A stretch of 64,000 bases of DNA, from contig ADNK01002450.1 of NCBI GenBank assembly GCA_000320545.1, positions 1-64,000 of the forward strand. The letters run 5' to 3'. Shown piece by piece: positions 20,403 to 34,724 of this stretch (positions are counted from its first letter, which is position 1; every line of letters starts with the position of its first letter). This DNA comes from Bigelowiella natans CCMP2755. Its lineage: Eukaryota; Protista; Cercozoa. The translations under genes were made by a program, and so were the position numbers. The notes beneath the pieces are model-generated. The model saw only the letters and a program-made list of their open reading frames with translations. It made no database searches and was not told where the DNA came from.

Positions 20403-22820
20403 TCAATGCATCAAAAAGCCTGGGATCCTGAAATAGATGCGACGGTAAATGGAAATTACCGCATGCGTTATAGATTGACAGAGATTATTAATGAATGAAA
20501 AGTCCAAGCGGTTCAAGGTGATTAGAGGGTCAAACAACATCACCTGCAAATCAATTTCGTTGATGAAACCCGCAGCAGGAGTAGGAAGGGCATCCATGAA
20601 CTTGAGAAGCTTTTCAACATCGAAGACAAACACACAACGGTGCCTCCTTGGACACGCCGATCCGATTGGGTCGAAGAAATTATAGAGATATCCCTTATAC
20701 AAATGCTGTTGCTCTTTGCGAGTAAGGTGTTCGTGCTTTGCTGTATTAGTTCCTGCATCAACCAAGGAGGCAGTAGAAGGCCCTGCATAAGAGCTTCTTC
20801 TCTTACGATGGTCACCATCGCGAACATTGTGCACTGTACGATCTGCATCCTCGCTCTTGTCAAAAATAGTTGCGCGTTTGTACACCATGCTCGAACCAAA
20901 TCTACGCTTAGTTGAGTCAGAAACGTTATTATTGTTAAAGTTAATGATGTCGTTGATAGAGCATCTCTGCTGATGTGAGGCGATGACAGAATCATTATTC
21001 AATTCTTGCATTCTCTTTTTCTGCCGTCGTCTAACGAATATTCTGGAGTTTCCAGCAGGCGATCTAGCTCGCTGCCGATTAGCGCTGTGTTTGTTTTTAG
21101 CCATTGGATGAGCTGATTTTGGCCTCCGATTTCTCCATCTGCTACTCTATTTTCATGCAAATTTTATGTGTATGTTGTTAGTTGTGCAATTGTCGTGAGA
21201 TGTCAAACATTGATTGGCGCAAAGTAATCACCAGCAACGAACGAATGCAACATGGTCAATATGCCTGCTAAGGAACCACACAAAACCCCTTTTTGTGAAG
21301 CAAAAGGTGCCAAGGTTTAACCCGACATTTTGCTTCTACCTGCTTTTGCCTTTTTGGAGGTGTCCTTGGGTTGTTCGGCCTAAAAAAGTGCTCGGCGGAC
21401 GACGCCGCGAGGATGCGCTGCATTTCCAATTCCTGTGCACGATTTGATCGAGATAAATCCTTCCGCTCCAGCAGCTCTAAATTGAGTTGGGAAAAGACGG
21501 TCCCGTATGGGACCGTCTGGATTCCTCTTCTTCTAGCATGAGCTTGGGGAATGAAGCCTGGAAGAGGATTTGCAGAAGGTTGCTCCGAGACCGCAGGTAG
21601 ATTTGACGCTGAAAACTTATTGACATATGTTCGAAATGGCACGGGAACGGCTGGTTTTTGCCCTGGCGCAGGAGTCCCTTGTGTAACTGCCTTTGGTTGA
21701 GACGAAATAGCACCAATAGGCTGTGTCCGGATTTTGGCGATGTTGAGGAGAGATAAATGACGCCGGAAATCATGAAGGTTAATATGGTTTCTCTGAAGGA
21801 GGATTCCCTTTGATTTCAAGACAAAGTGCATTTGAAAGTTATCAGTGCGTTTGGTTGATAAAAATAGAAAAGACAGGTCCTTCAAAAAGCGTAAATCAGC
21901 TTCATCTTTACCTGTTATAAAGGAGACTGTTAGCTAAACTCGGTGAAGAGAATAAACAGCTTTATTTGCAATTCATATTATAGTTATTTAAAGGGCTGAC
22001 CTGTGAACATCAGCCTAAGAAGAATCTGCGGACATTCAAGTGGTATACATGCCGACGAGTGGTCAAAAGGTGGGCGAGCAAGGACTCCCATATCAAGCAT
22101 TTTCTTATACCCAACAGCCTCGTAAGCACCACTACGGGTTTTCACCTACCATTGAACATTGAGCAACCCCGAAATTTTATCAGTTTTGGACCGCATCTAC
22201 GTCAAAACGCCTAAATCCCCAGCAATGTTGTTGCTAATTTCAATTCTACCGCGATTGGCTGAAGTTGTAGATGCAGTGGTGATTTTGCAGGAGGCATTCG
22301 TGGTTCATTAAGTCGCGCTGAACTCCCCCCCCTCCTACTTATCACTCGTTTCGCATTTTGCCAAATTCTCCTCTGTAAAAGCAGCAATGCTTTCTTTTGC
22401 TTCTTTTTTTGCCTGACTTCTTCATAACTCCAAGGCCCAGTGATAGCGAGAAACCCGCGCTCCAGCAGTGATTTGTCTGCACTCTTAATTGAGAGATATT
22501 GAGACTTTTTGGCTAAAACGTTTGTGTATGTTGCTTGGATAAGACGCAGGAGGTAGAGATGCGTGAGCCGTACAAGTTCAATATGTTTCACTGCTTCATA
22601 AAGTTGAGCAATGTCTAATAGCTCCTCTATTGATGACGAAGAGTGGCGATTATTTTGGCGCCTTACGTTTATATTCTCCGTTGCGAGACTATTGTTGTCT
22701 CCTGTGCTTTGTAATCCTCGTCGATGAGAATTTCCGCTGAACTTATATCCTCTGCCATAGTACCTTGGTCGGGGAAATTGAATTAAAAATGAGAATGGAT
22801 ATACCTTGTTGATCTGCCAT
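20403..22820 (-). CDS. Hypothetical multi-exon protein
   Basis: Three long same-strand open frames (22591-22211, 21885-21268, 21104-20403) with plausible splice sites. No recognisable domain; boundaries uncertain. Confidence 0.4.
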
Positions 22821-22895
22821 TATGCAACAATATATCGAAGGTAAAGATTGTACTTCTTCCAATCAGCGAGCGTCACGACACCCGATTCATATTCG

Positions 22896-22937
22896 GAGAC
22901 CTGTGCGTGATCGTGTGCATATATAGTTTATGTGTTA

Positions 22938-22980
<43 letters not shown>

Positions 22981-23016
22981 CCTGTGCGTGATCGTGTGCA
23001 TATATAGTTTATGTAT

Positions 23017-23053
<37 letters not shown>
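22896..23053. repeat. Tandem duplication of an ~81-bp unit including a (TA)n tract
   Basis: GAGACCTGTGCGTGATCGTGTGCATATATAGTTTATGT occurs at 22896 and 22977, each followed by (TA)n. Confidence 0.9.
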
Positions 23054-23056
<3 letters not shown>

Positions 23057-23171
23057 TATTTATATTTTTAATATCTATTCATGCACACATGATATAGTTT
23101 TTGATATTGCAAACTTAAATGTATGGGGATGTGTAGATTCCTTTTTATAAACGTATTTGTTCGCGTGCAAC

Positions 23172-26030
23172 TCATTGTGAGAACTTGGAATAAAGTCGAA
23201 TTTTATTTACATTTTTAATTGCTTCTAGAAGATGGATAACACGTTCAAGGGTCTCTGCTTCCTCTGCTATGGTTGCAGCCATTTCTTTTCCCCCCTTCTC
23301 TTTCAACATATTATTCACAACTGTAGAGCGAAGAGATGCATATAAAAGTTAGATTGATGGTCTCTTTGGGACTTTGGGACAGAACGAGATTGTGCTATGC
23401 AGAAATAGTAGCTGATAATTCAATATGCTACTACATCTGCTAAGTTGGGGGGGTAGGTTAAATTTGGCGTTATGCGAGTTGGCTCGTTATCGTGTGCTAC
23501 ATCAGCTTTAATTTCTTTGAATATATTACCTTGGTGCTGCAGATTATCTTTCTTGCGAATCAGCATGTACATAAGATTCATCCATCCCCCACGGCTAAAA
23601 ATTGCCCACATTCTTAGACACTTATCTCACGAACTCTTTTGTATTGTTGTGACTTTTCAAATCATACACACAATGTCAGGAATTCAGCAATAAATGTACT
23701 CTAGCATGGCAAGACAAATAAATAGAAATCGTCCACAGCCATTTGCAAAGCAACGGAATTATGTCCAATACCCGGCATGCTTAGCCATCAGTTTTTGAAC
23801 AGGTTCAAGATTGAGTACTGTGTAGAGTAAAAAGCACTCCTCTGTCTGTATGTGTACAACGTGCTCTCCTTTCGAATAATTTGTCGCCTTCCTATTATTA
23901 ATTGCATCAGAAGGTGAATAGCCTGAGTAGCGATCAGGAGGAGCTATCTCTCGCCTAATTTCTTCAGATTCCTCTTCACTTCCTATGTAGGTTCATAATG
24001 CATCAACTGGTCAGAAGGACGATGGATTTACTCAAAATCTCTTTCCTCACCAGAAATTGCATCGAAGAGTCCTTCGTTCACATCATTGTTGCCAATTAGA
24101 TCTTCAACCATCTGCGACCAGTGATGTTTGCTGCTGCAGAGTCCATAGTAGTCATAATATGTTCCAATTGTATCTCAACAGAAATACAGAAATCTTCACA
24201 ACGAGAGACTACTCGAGAAACGCTGATCGTATATCTCAAGAAAATATTTACAAATAGATGTTTTGATTATTCTAAATCTACCTACTGGCCAAAGGTACAG
24301 AAATGGAGTTTGGTGCTTCCGCACTCGCGCGGGGGACTTTTCCTAGCTTTCGAAGCTTGGGGGTGAATACGTGCGACCTTTAAAGTAGCGATTACGATCA
24401 GAATCGGTGAAATTATCAAATGTCATCTGGAAAACTCCAAATACAAAGTCTGATGAATCATTAAATGCTTTTCACTGTTTGATCTACCACTAGGACCTTA
24501 TATAACATTTCATAATATTCTTAAAATTTTGATACTATTGTTCCTATTTTTGTCGCAAAAATTTGCTGTCATGTCGCTCTTATCTTCATTTGAAAGCACA
24601 ACGCCACGTATTACTTTTTAAACTGTATCGGAGTGTAAGCCTGCTGCTCCTCGAAATGCCTCGGAGTGAGCAGCATGTTGTGATCTATGTTTCGAAAAAC
24701 GTCGTGATGTTTCTGATAGATCGCCTTGCGCGTCTTAACAATGTAGGTTAGCAGCCTCCTTTTCGATGTTCCAATGACTTCTGGCATTAAAGGATGCCAT
24801 AACCAGCAATGGGAGTTCCAGACTAATCTGCAATAGGTAAAAAACAAGGGCTGTCAAACAAAATAATCTTAGAATAGCTGCTATCTATGTGCGAGAACTC
24901 AGAGCCCATCGTTCCTGTAAATCTCGATTGACTTCTTTGCTTCATTGGACAAATGGTGTAAGCAAAACAAACAAGAGTAGGTTTCAACGGTACCTTTGCA
25001 TTCTAGATTCGTAGAAAGGAATCATACGGAAGCTGTCTTCATGATATCGACGACGGTATCCACGGTTGGCATTCACATAGTTCTCACTGCCATCTCCGCC
25101 AACACCATCGTTAAGATATTGTGAAGTAGACTCGCGTTGTTGATATTCGTCATTGTAGCCATCGTTGTAACTTACAAAGTCGCTAGTCGGATCTTCCGAC
25201 GAAAAGTCAGGATGTGCGAAGTATTTTCGTATGAAGCTTTGTACTTTTCCTGAGAGAGCTACTTGGGAAATGCTTTCAATTGAGCAGTAGACAAATTAGG
25301 ATATTTCTCTAGTATCCGATAATAGATATTAAAAAGTTATTGCGCAACACACGTGTTTTTGCAATCACCATGATTGTATTGTGCATCTTGTACACTGCAG
25401 ACCATATAAGTACGAAATTGTTATTCTAGAGAGACTATACATAGTTATATATAGTTATACAATGGAAGGCCATGTCAAAGGGCTTTCAAGAAGCTCAATA
25501 TTTTTGTATCTGAATCATTCGAATACTCTAAGATGGCTTTGTTCGTAAGGATGTCTAATACCTCTCCTCTGTACGTATTTGGACAATATCTCTCAGAAGA
25601 CCCTCGAAAACTTCCTGAGACACATATTAAAGAATACAGACTTGAATACTAATGATATCATTAAAGGTGTAGGATATGCTCTCACTGATGCAGCGGGACG
25701 TCATCCACAGTATAATCATTGTGATTGTGTAAACATCGAAACAATCTGGTGCTATATTTGTTCCAGTGCTTTCGAGGGAATAAGGCAACACGTGAGTGTG
25801 TTTTCTGATAACTGTTGTATTACCTGTATAAATCTCTGATGCCTCTTTGGGCGAGAGGTGACCATTTCCATGAAGGAGCTTAATCTGATGGTCAATCATA
25901 AATATCGATATAGTATTATGTACCTTTTTTTGTCTAATCTGAGTGTGGCCATCGATTTTAACCTTGGTCTTAACGTTTTCACAGAGGGTAGCTTGGATTC
26001 AGGAGTATAGTCTTCCTTTGCCTTGGCCAT
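23172..26030 (-). CDS. Hypothetical multi-exon protein with short introns
   Basis: Exon-like frames flanked by AG/GT: MAKAKEDYTPESKLP..., GKVQSFIRKYFAHPDF..., LVWNSHCWLWHPLMPE..., MWAIFSRGGWMNLMY..., NNMLKEKGGKEMAATIAEEAETLERVIHLLEA. No family recognised. Confidence 0.35.
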
Positions 26031-26599
26031 TCGACGATGATGGCCGTTCTGGAATCTGTTTCCATCATAAGTATGCCACTATAGAATAGATTGATACCAA
26101 ATGCTTCTAACATTTATCTGCTTCGAAATTTGGCTGAATATGCCAGGATTGCTTTCATACTTATATACACATATAGCTACCATTTGAAGTTTTTGTTTGA
26201 GTATACTTTATTTCAATCATGCCCATAACGGTGCAGTTTAGCTAGAAATGGTGCATCACCTTTTAAAGTCTTCATAAGCGCACGCCCAATCAAGGAGTGG
26301 ATCTTCGGCTAGATCGCCATCGAAAGTATCAAAAATCTTATTGGAACACATCAAGAAACAGAATAAGTTGTTTTTTTGGAGGAATATTTATGTTTCAACT
26401 CATTCAAGCAACGCCCACACACACGCACACACACACACACACACAAGCAAAGACCCTTTTTCAAACAAAAGTTCTATCTATATCCCATCAATGTGATCGA
26501 TACTATGTAGTCTTCTCTTACAAATCATACATCTTTCTCGCCAAATATTTTCCATAGCTCAGGCTGGTGACTATATCTTATTATTAAAACATACCATCA

Positions 26600-29500
26600 G
26601 CTATAATAACCTATAAGGCTTGAAACGATGATAATATCTTTCTTTACTGACGACAAAACAATAAAATCCATACCTTCTGTTTTCCGTTTTAAAAGCGTGC
26701 TTAACGTCATCGAAATGGATATCACTCTCATTGTCCTTGATTTGTGTCTCTCCTTCGTTGTGATGGGAAACATGCAATGTGGACTTATGAAACAACATCC
26801 CGAGAATCGATACGCATTGAGACAATTTTTCATTTTATGATTTTATTATTATAATCAACGATCAATGACAGTCTATAAAATATACGTCATAATGCGAACG
26901 AAGTAGGATAACAATAATACCATTTTCCTGGCCGTCAGCAACGAACGGACCTTGCTCCCGTATTTGGAGGTATCTTAAGTACAAAGATGAAAAAGGAAGT
27001 ATATCGTTGGTAAAGCATGTTTGAACAATCATACTAAAACTAAAAAGAATATACAGAAAAGCTTCACCTGAAAATCTATTCGTTCCAATGTATATATTTA
27101 AACATTAGGATTATTAATTAAGGTATCCGACCTCTTAAGCACTGCAGGACCACGAATGGCATGCAACACGAAGAGCTCTGTCTCGCCGCTCATCCCAATG
27201 GTAACCGGAGCGCCAAATGGTGGGTTAGTTTTGGTTCCTTCTTTGTGGTCTTCATTTTTGACTTCCTCCCTGTTCTTCATTGACTTAGAGATGAACTTTG
27301 AAACGGTCTGACGCATGCTAGTTGTGGAGATGGCCACGTCAACTATCGCCTAGATACCCGCGAGAAAGCGTAGAAATTAAGGGAATAGTTAGGAAAGATA
27401 GGAAATATAGGCATATGAGTTATTGTAATCGGAATTGTGCTCAAAACCTTTGAAAGCTATTTAGTTAATCAGGGATGTACAGTAAAAAATACTGCAATGA
27501 TGTGAATTTACGTCGATACCATATGATTTAAGAACTAGGTTCTTGGTTACTTAAACCTCAGGCAGAAAATATTCTAGAAAGACCTTTAGTGTTGCTCGAG
27601 CAAATCGTGTGCGCATGTTTGCCCGCCATGTGTTTACAAAAATATCTCTTGCCTTCTCGAATGATGTTTCTAAAACATAGATAATGAAGATATTTGCGAC
27701 GATGTATTTTCGATCTCATTTTAAAGCACAAGCGAACCACTCATTTTTCAATATTAAACATACATGTCGCAAATTGCACGTAATTATAAACATCTACTTC
27801 TAGACTTGCATTATATCTTCGATCTTCGTGAAAGGTGTTCTCATGTGTTTAGACGCATCATCATCATCAGCATCATCATCATCATCATCATGTGGTAAGA
27901 TCCAAAGTAATTGCCTCCAAGATTCTGTTCTTCGTCCCCTTCTTCTTCCCCAGATTTCACGTCAATATCATCCTCGTCGGATTTCATATCGTTCGAGACT
28001 GAAATAATGACAGTATGATTCACAATTTTGGTTGCATTCGTACTTCAGAATAACCTTCACCTACCTTCCCTGGCACTTCGTTCTTGTTGCCGCTGTTTAG
28101 GTTTGGTTATCGTATTCTTTGCATCTGGTTTTGTTCTTGCCACAAAATCTCCAAACAAATTTCGCCTGGTAATGTACTCTTCGCGCATTATTTTGGCTCT
28201 TTTTTCTATACAGTAATGCCCAATCTGTAGCAGCCATTCACATCCTCCTGACATCACCATGCCTCCTTCATCTTGCTGCATCCTATTCGTAGAATGATGG
28301 GTACTAATTTCTTCAGAACTTTGGCGATTTTTCTCATCCGTGCCAGTCGTGGCTCTATTCCCCTCGAACAATCTGTAATTAGAATGACGATGTACAATTT
28401 TAAATAGGATTATCATAAATTTAGTTGTCTTGGAGAAGATCTGATTTGTTCTTCACAACAACAAAATCTGATGAAACAGTATCATGCACGAAGTATTCCT
28501 TCTCGTGTTCTTACCTTTTGACCAATTCCCTTGACTTTGGATGCTGGTCGTCAGTAATTAAACTGAGCAATCTATATATTTCAGCACGGTGTAGATACTT
28601 TACGTCTTTAAGACCATAATTCAAAATCAATCTCCAACTTCTGAACGACGCAATAAAAGAGCGTGTGCTGTAGAGAACAGCCAAAAAGCTAATCGTTCAA
28701 AATTTCTGTTTTCTGAAGTGAAATTAAAAAAAATATATGATCGTTACCGACGCATTCGCAACTTAAGATGGACGACGACTTCATAGAGCGTAGACATGTC
28801 TTTGACCTCAATAGTCCCCTGGGTAAATCGACGACAAACGTCGCGCGTCATTGCTTTTCCACAGAAGTATTCATCAGATAGGAGCGGCGAAGCAAGCACA
28901 TGACTCATCGTTGCGGTGATTGTTGCGCGGGAAAGTCCCTTTGATAGAGCGAGAAAGTACCTTTTAGTAAGAAAGAAATATTCTTGAATACATGTTGGAA
29001 AATATTGAACAAATACTATCGATATGTCTCAGCATTCGGCATCTCTTTACCAATCTTTCTTTGAGTAAAATCTAAGAAAACGATGTTTGGATAATAGTAA
29101 CTAAAACTGTAATAAACTTCACTTATCGTGCAATATGTGTGTAACATTTGGTATTCTATAATTTTCTCTGATCAAAATAAAATCTCTAGCATCCTTCCTG
29201 GCAACATCTTACATCTCGCCGGCCAGTGTGGAGCGAGATAATAAATCTGTGCCGGTCTGTGTAATTCCAAACATAATATTTTACTTCGCTAGATTCGTTG
29301 AAAATACTAAGCAGTCACTATTATTGTTGTACTATAAGTATTATGTTACCATTCCAGATAGTAGTGGGTTAAACAAATACTCCAATATCATCTTAAAGAG
29401 CACCAAAAAGCTGCCAAATTATCAACAAAGGCCAGTAAAAATTAACCATACTAATATGCCGCATGGATTTGTTCGAGAAGAAAAATAGTCTTCGGAATTT

Positions 29501-30143
29501 AAAATTGAAGTAAAGCAAGGAAGCATAGTATAGTATGTGGTAACCATTACTTGATAAATTACAATATCCAAATCACGCATCGTTCAATATCATCCCTGAC
29601 ATTTCCCCAATGTAAAGTACTGTATGCACATATTAGTAAATAGTAATAGCACCGTAGTCGTCCTGCTTCTTTGGTCAGATCATACACCTTGAAGACCAAC
29701 TCCAAGAATGATTTTTCTGGCTCATGAAAGCGATCCCCAAAGTCACTACTTCGCCGTCGTTTGTGGCCGTATTCAGTGTGCAGAATTTTGAAGAGAACAG
29801 CAAGCCGCGAAGGATCCAAATACCTTCATGTATAATTCAACGTTACGGTTTTCAAATGCTACAACTAGTTTACGATGTGGCGTCTGTTTAGTGGACAAGA
29901 AATGCTAGTTTTTAAGCTCTCACATCTATTACTTGCCCGTTCCTGCTTTTGTCTTATGGATTAAAGGTGTGCAAATCATGTTATCGCCCGAAAATTAATA
30001 TTCATATGTATAATGATCGTACAAGCGATTTAGAGTCTCTTCGAAACCGCTCAAAAAAGGGGCGGGTTCCTGGTGCGAGATAATGATATTTAGTCAAAAG
30101 TAACCGGATTATTGTTCGAAGACCATTTAAATATTATATGTAC

Positions 30144-30180
<37 letters not shown>

Positions 30181-31168
30181 TGTTTTGACATTTTCAGTCA
30201 ACCAGTTTGCCTTCGGATTTTCTAGCACCTCCATCTCTACCGTCGTCAATGTGGTATAAACCCTTAATCCTTGAAATGCGCGTTTTTAGTGCGGATTTAA
30301 GACTCATTTTCTTCGCTTCTCTTGCATCGAAATGGCCGCAAATCTATTATTAGTGAAAGTCTTTATAAAATACAAGTGTGATGAATCTGCGTAGTTTCAA
30401 AATTTCACCTAGGGAATACATGTCTACTACATACCATGTGAGAGTACAACCTCGAATGTCATCAAGCGATACGATTGCTCCAAAGATGTGATACTGTTGG
30501 GATCCGATAAATCATTAAAAAAATCCAGTTCAAATATTTATAAATCAACAGAATACTCAGCCTTACGTCCCCCAAAATATCCAATTTGGTACATCAGCAA
30601 TAGAACGCATTCGGACTCTTCAATCCTCTCGTCTCTAGATCGTGGCAATAATAAGTAATTATAGCCCCATATTACTACCTCTGGCGCAAATCATCCGCTA
30701 GTAGTTGCTGCTTGCCAAACTGAGCTAGGGAGCTCTGGGAGGGGGTCAATGGTGCAAATGATGATGAAAACAATGGAAGAGGCAGCATTTCGGCATTTTC
30801 GATTTGCTGGTCGGAAGTTTTTACGGCAGCTTGTGATTTGAGGCCTCCATTATAGCTATCAGTTTTGTTTTTGAAAAAAAAACCAAGTGGACTTGGAATA
30901 CTAATTGAGCCGATACCTGTGGTTCGAATACCTACGCAAATTTGCAATGCTTCAGCTTTTTTTCGCGAGTCATTCGTACAAAGTTATGACGATGTGCACT
31001 ACAACAAAGTAAAATCTGTATGATATTTTAATTAATCGGTTGCCTCTTGTCACTACAAACCAAGCTTTCCATAGAGAGCGTTTCCCCTAAATAAGGGCGA
31101 GCAAAATTGAGTATAGTCATCAAACTAAAGTCATTAGTATTCTTTATGCTCTTGCACCAAGTAATAAG

Positions 31169-31212
<44 letters not shown>

Positions 31213-31750
31213 TTACCAGGAGAAAACGTGGCCTGTTTTCGTATTGATAGCCAAAGTGTGCGTGTCTCCGCACGAAATAGAATCGCATAATTGTAACGAA
31301 GACAGCAGTTCGCCCTAAGAAATCACGACAGAATGCTGTTAATGTTTCGAATTTCAAATCGTGACAATAGATATGAATAATTCATAAATTTTGGAGTTTC
31401 ATTTAATTGAAATTAAGCATATATGGTTTAGGTGCAGGGAAGGGTAGTACCCGATTGTCTTCGAATTCCTCGTGATTTGAAAGCTTTGATGTATAAACAG
31501 GCTAAAATGGCACAAGAGGCAAAAGCAAAATATGTTATAACATAGCAATGCATTGTGCATAAGCGTAATAGTCGTCATTACATAACAGTTCTTTATTATT
31601 AATGACCTGTGGCAGCATTCCTTTAAGTTGATTTCGGCTTTTATTATCCCCATTCGCCTTGTTACCGTAGTTATAACTTTTGGCTGTAAGCGCTCCAACA
31701 TCGCGATGTAACTTGTCTCCAAGCTGACTAGCAGCAATCTCATCTCCTAT
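26600..31750 (-). CDS. Hypothetical exons, possibly the C-terminal continuation of the RCC1-repeat gene, with degenerate EF-hand-like motifs
   Basis: In-frame splice joins such as GTIEVKDMSTLYEVVVHLKLRMR|RSWRLILNYGLKD. Motifs FLELVFKVYDLTKEAGRL and IHFDDVKHAF. Same strand as the RCC1 exons, with no obvious intergenic gap. Confidence 0.35.
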
Positions 31751-31958
31751 GAGAGTTTAAAGTTAGTTTTAGGATCTATATGAAGACATACCATTCATTG
31801 TTTTAATTTTTTTTTTATTAATTCCAAAATTATATGTGGATGTGGGTTTGCTTCTGCACTATTCAGTTATGAAAATGCAAAGATGTGCAAATGAATGGAC
31901 TAAATCTTGACTAATGATAGTCTCGCATGGAACATCAGTAAGCAGTATAAAATTCGAT

Positions 31959-32018
<60 letters not shown>

Positions 32019-32039
32019 CTTATTATTGGTAGTTATGGA

Positions 32040-32168
32040 CCAATTCCGAGCCTGCCAAAGCTTCCATCTCCCCAAGCAAACATGCGAAGATTGCCATTTA
32101 CTTTGATAACCTCCGTATTACAATAATGAATAAATGCAATGTATGGAAGAGTTTATAACCATACCAGC

Positions 32169-32204
<36 letters not shown>

Positions 32205-34667
32205 AATAAAAACTAAAGATTACAGTGAAAATTAGCTGATAACGTATCAGGTTTATAAATAGTATAAAAGAAATGAAATGTTGAAACCTGTGAGAAGATG
32301 AATTAATAAACAAAAGTAATGCTGTTCTTTACCGCAACTGCATGCGTCTTTCCGACTGACAAATCCTCAAAACGCAAACTGTGCACCCAACCATCTTCGT
32401 TGCTATGGTATAAGAAAATTTGTAGCAGCAAAAACATTGTTATAAAGAAATGCAAACTCTGATTGTGACCAAGGATAATGAAACGACTCTTCAAAGGTTT
32501 AATTGGTATTGAACAATGAAACGTGGATGGGCATGCCTTGCTAGAGTAGCATGAAGAACATATTCTTCAAAATCCGAGACCTAAAGGTTAAATAATGAAT
32601 TTTCCTTTATTTCTGAATCTCTACTTTCGTTATCAATTCGTCGCTAGTACCCGCTCTGGTGTAGAAGCTCTAAGTGTATTTGGCAACAAGCCACGGGGCA
32701 TTCCCCAAACAAAAAGCATCTCCTTTGCATCCTCCACCTCCCCCAATAACTCTGCAGAAATGCGTAAACATTCGTCATAATTTCATAGTGGTACTCTTGT
32801 ATTATAAAACTTTCTCATCCTAACCCTCCTCCTTTGAAGAGATGACGCGCTTGGACACTACAGCAAGCGAACAACTGCCGCCACCCTTCACCATCTTTAT
32901 GTTATGAGAGGCGGGAAGTACCGAACGCTTTTCGGGGGAGACCAACTCTGAGTGGTCTCGGAAGTGGGCTAGTGGAAGGTGCTTCAAACGCGTTTGATAT
33001 GTGCCTTTGTTGCAGTCAAGAATCTGACGATGCAAAGAACAAACTTAAAACCATTGAGAAAGCTTGTTATTCGGGACGGAATGGGTTGATCGGGTTGGTT
33101 GATATACGAACAACCCATATGTCAATCATTACGCATACGTACGTCGGTAAAGATTTTAAGTTACCCCAAGCTGAAACTTGGAGTTATCGCCACAGACAAA
33201 GCTAGTATAGGAAGCGAAACGATGAGACTACAGGAAAAAGTAAGGTTGTTGCTGCTAAGATCAATGCAGTTAAAATTCGATGAATTTGTTTAAGCAATGA
33301 TTCATTGGGTTGCCTTATGAAAAAAATCTCCAATAAACGAGAATAGCGTAGTGTTGTGCAAGCAAGATGTACAAAACTTGAAAAACTAGTTGTCGTAATT
33401 CCGCGTTTCGATACACATCCTATTTTTTGGCTTTGCAGCGAATAAAATATATTTGTTACCAGAATGTTATTTTTTATTTTGTTCAACGTTCATTAATTTA
33501 ATTTTCAATTTACAGCAAATTGGTTTTCTTCGTGCGAGCTTCTTGGTTTCCTATTGGCTGTGAGACCGCTTTGTGCTTGATATCTAACTGTGAATTGCTA
33601 ATCTTAAAGTCTTCATTGTTTCCCCAAGATCATTTGTTCCAGATAAACCAATGCATTACGAAAAGAATAATGAACGTACTCAGAATCGCAAAACAAACAT
33701 CTCTTTAGTGAGTGCACTAGGTAGCTAGTTAGGTATATATTTGTTTGCTTTGTTACCAAGATTTATGCTATTAAGTGCTCGTATTCTCTTCTTCTCGCGT
33801 TCGTCGTCCTTCACAACAGTCACAAGGATGAGAGTGTGTGATGTTCCAAGGGAGGGAATAATGGCTTCAACTCTAGTTTTTGGTCCTACGTATTGTGTTA
33901 GTATTAGTCATATTTATATAAACAAATGCATATTCATCCTTCAATAGTTTACTAACGATCATACCTTTATTAGCAGCCGGCAATGGCAAATGAACCTAAA
34001 CATCGTTATTGAGACTAAGAATCGGTAAAAAGCAAGTGCTATGCTATTACGACTCTGCACGCCTCGCTGCATAAACGATGGCGTACAACACCGGACATGC
34101 CACCCGCTTTGTATTGCTCTGTTATGCTGCACATTCCTTCATCTTTTGTGAAAGAGGGGCACTTCATTTCGTCTACATGTGGTCATTCTCACCACCACTG
34201 GGCCTGGGATGCAGCTGCTGCTGCTGCTGCTGCTGTCAGTCGTCTAAGAGTGGATATGTTTCACATTTAGGAAAAGGAATAAGGATATCGCATCAGCCGC
34301 ACCGCAGACGTATAAGCACAACATAGCAGCAGAAACTTCGGTAGATGTGAGAGTGTGTACGTGCATCTTGACCAGGATGGCCTTGTTATCTTCTCCTTGT
34401 ACTTGATCCGTTCCCACCTGGCCTTTATCGTTCAGACCCCACATGTACAGCAACGCTTGAGCTATATAGTTTCATATTCGTAATTTCGACATAACCACGT
34501 AACTTCTTTGGAACAATACACAGAACTTCGCAGGGCATTTGCCAGGGTAAATTGCTAATTTCAGGGCAAGTATCAAATTTTAAGTGTAAAACTAAACATA
34601 CTGATATAATAATATTAGTATCTTGGTGAGGAATATCGATTGGATATCTTGCGAAGTAGACGATGAT

Positions 34668-34724
<57 letters not shown>

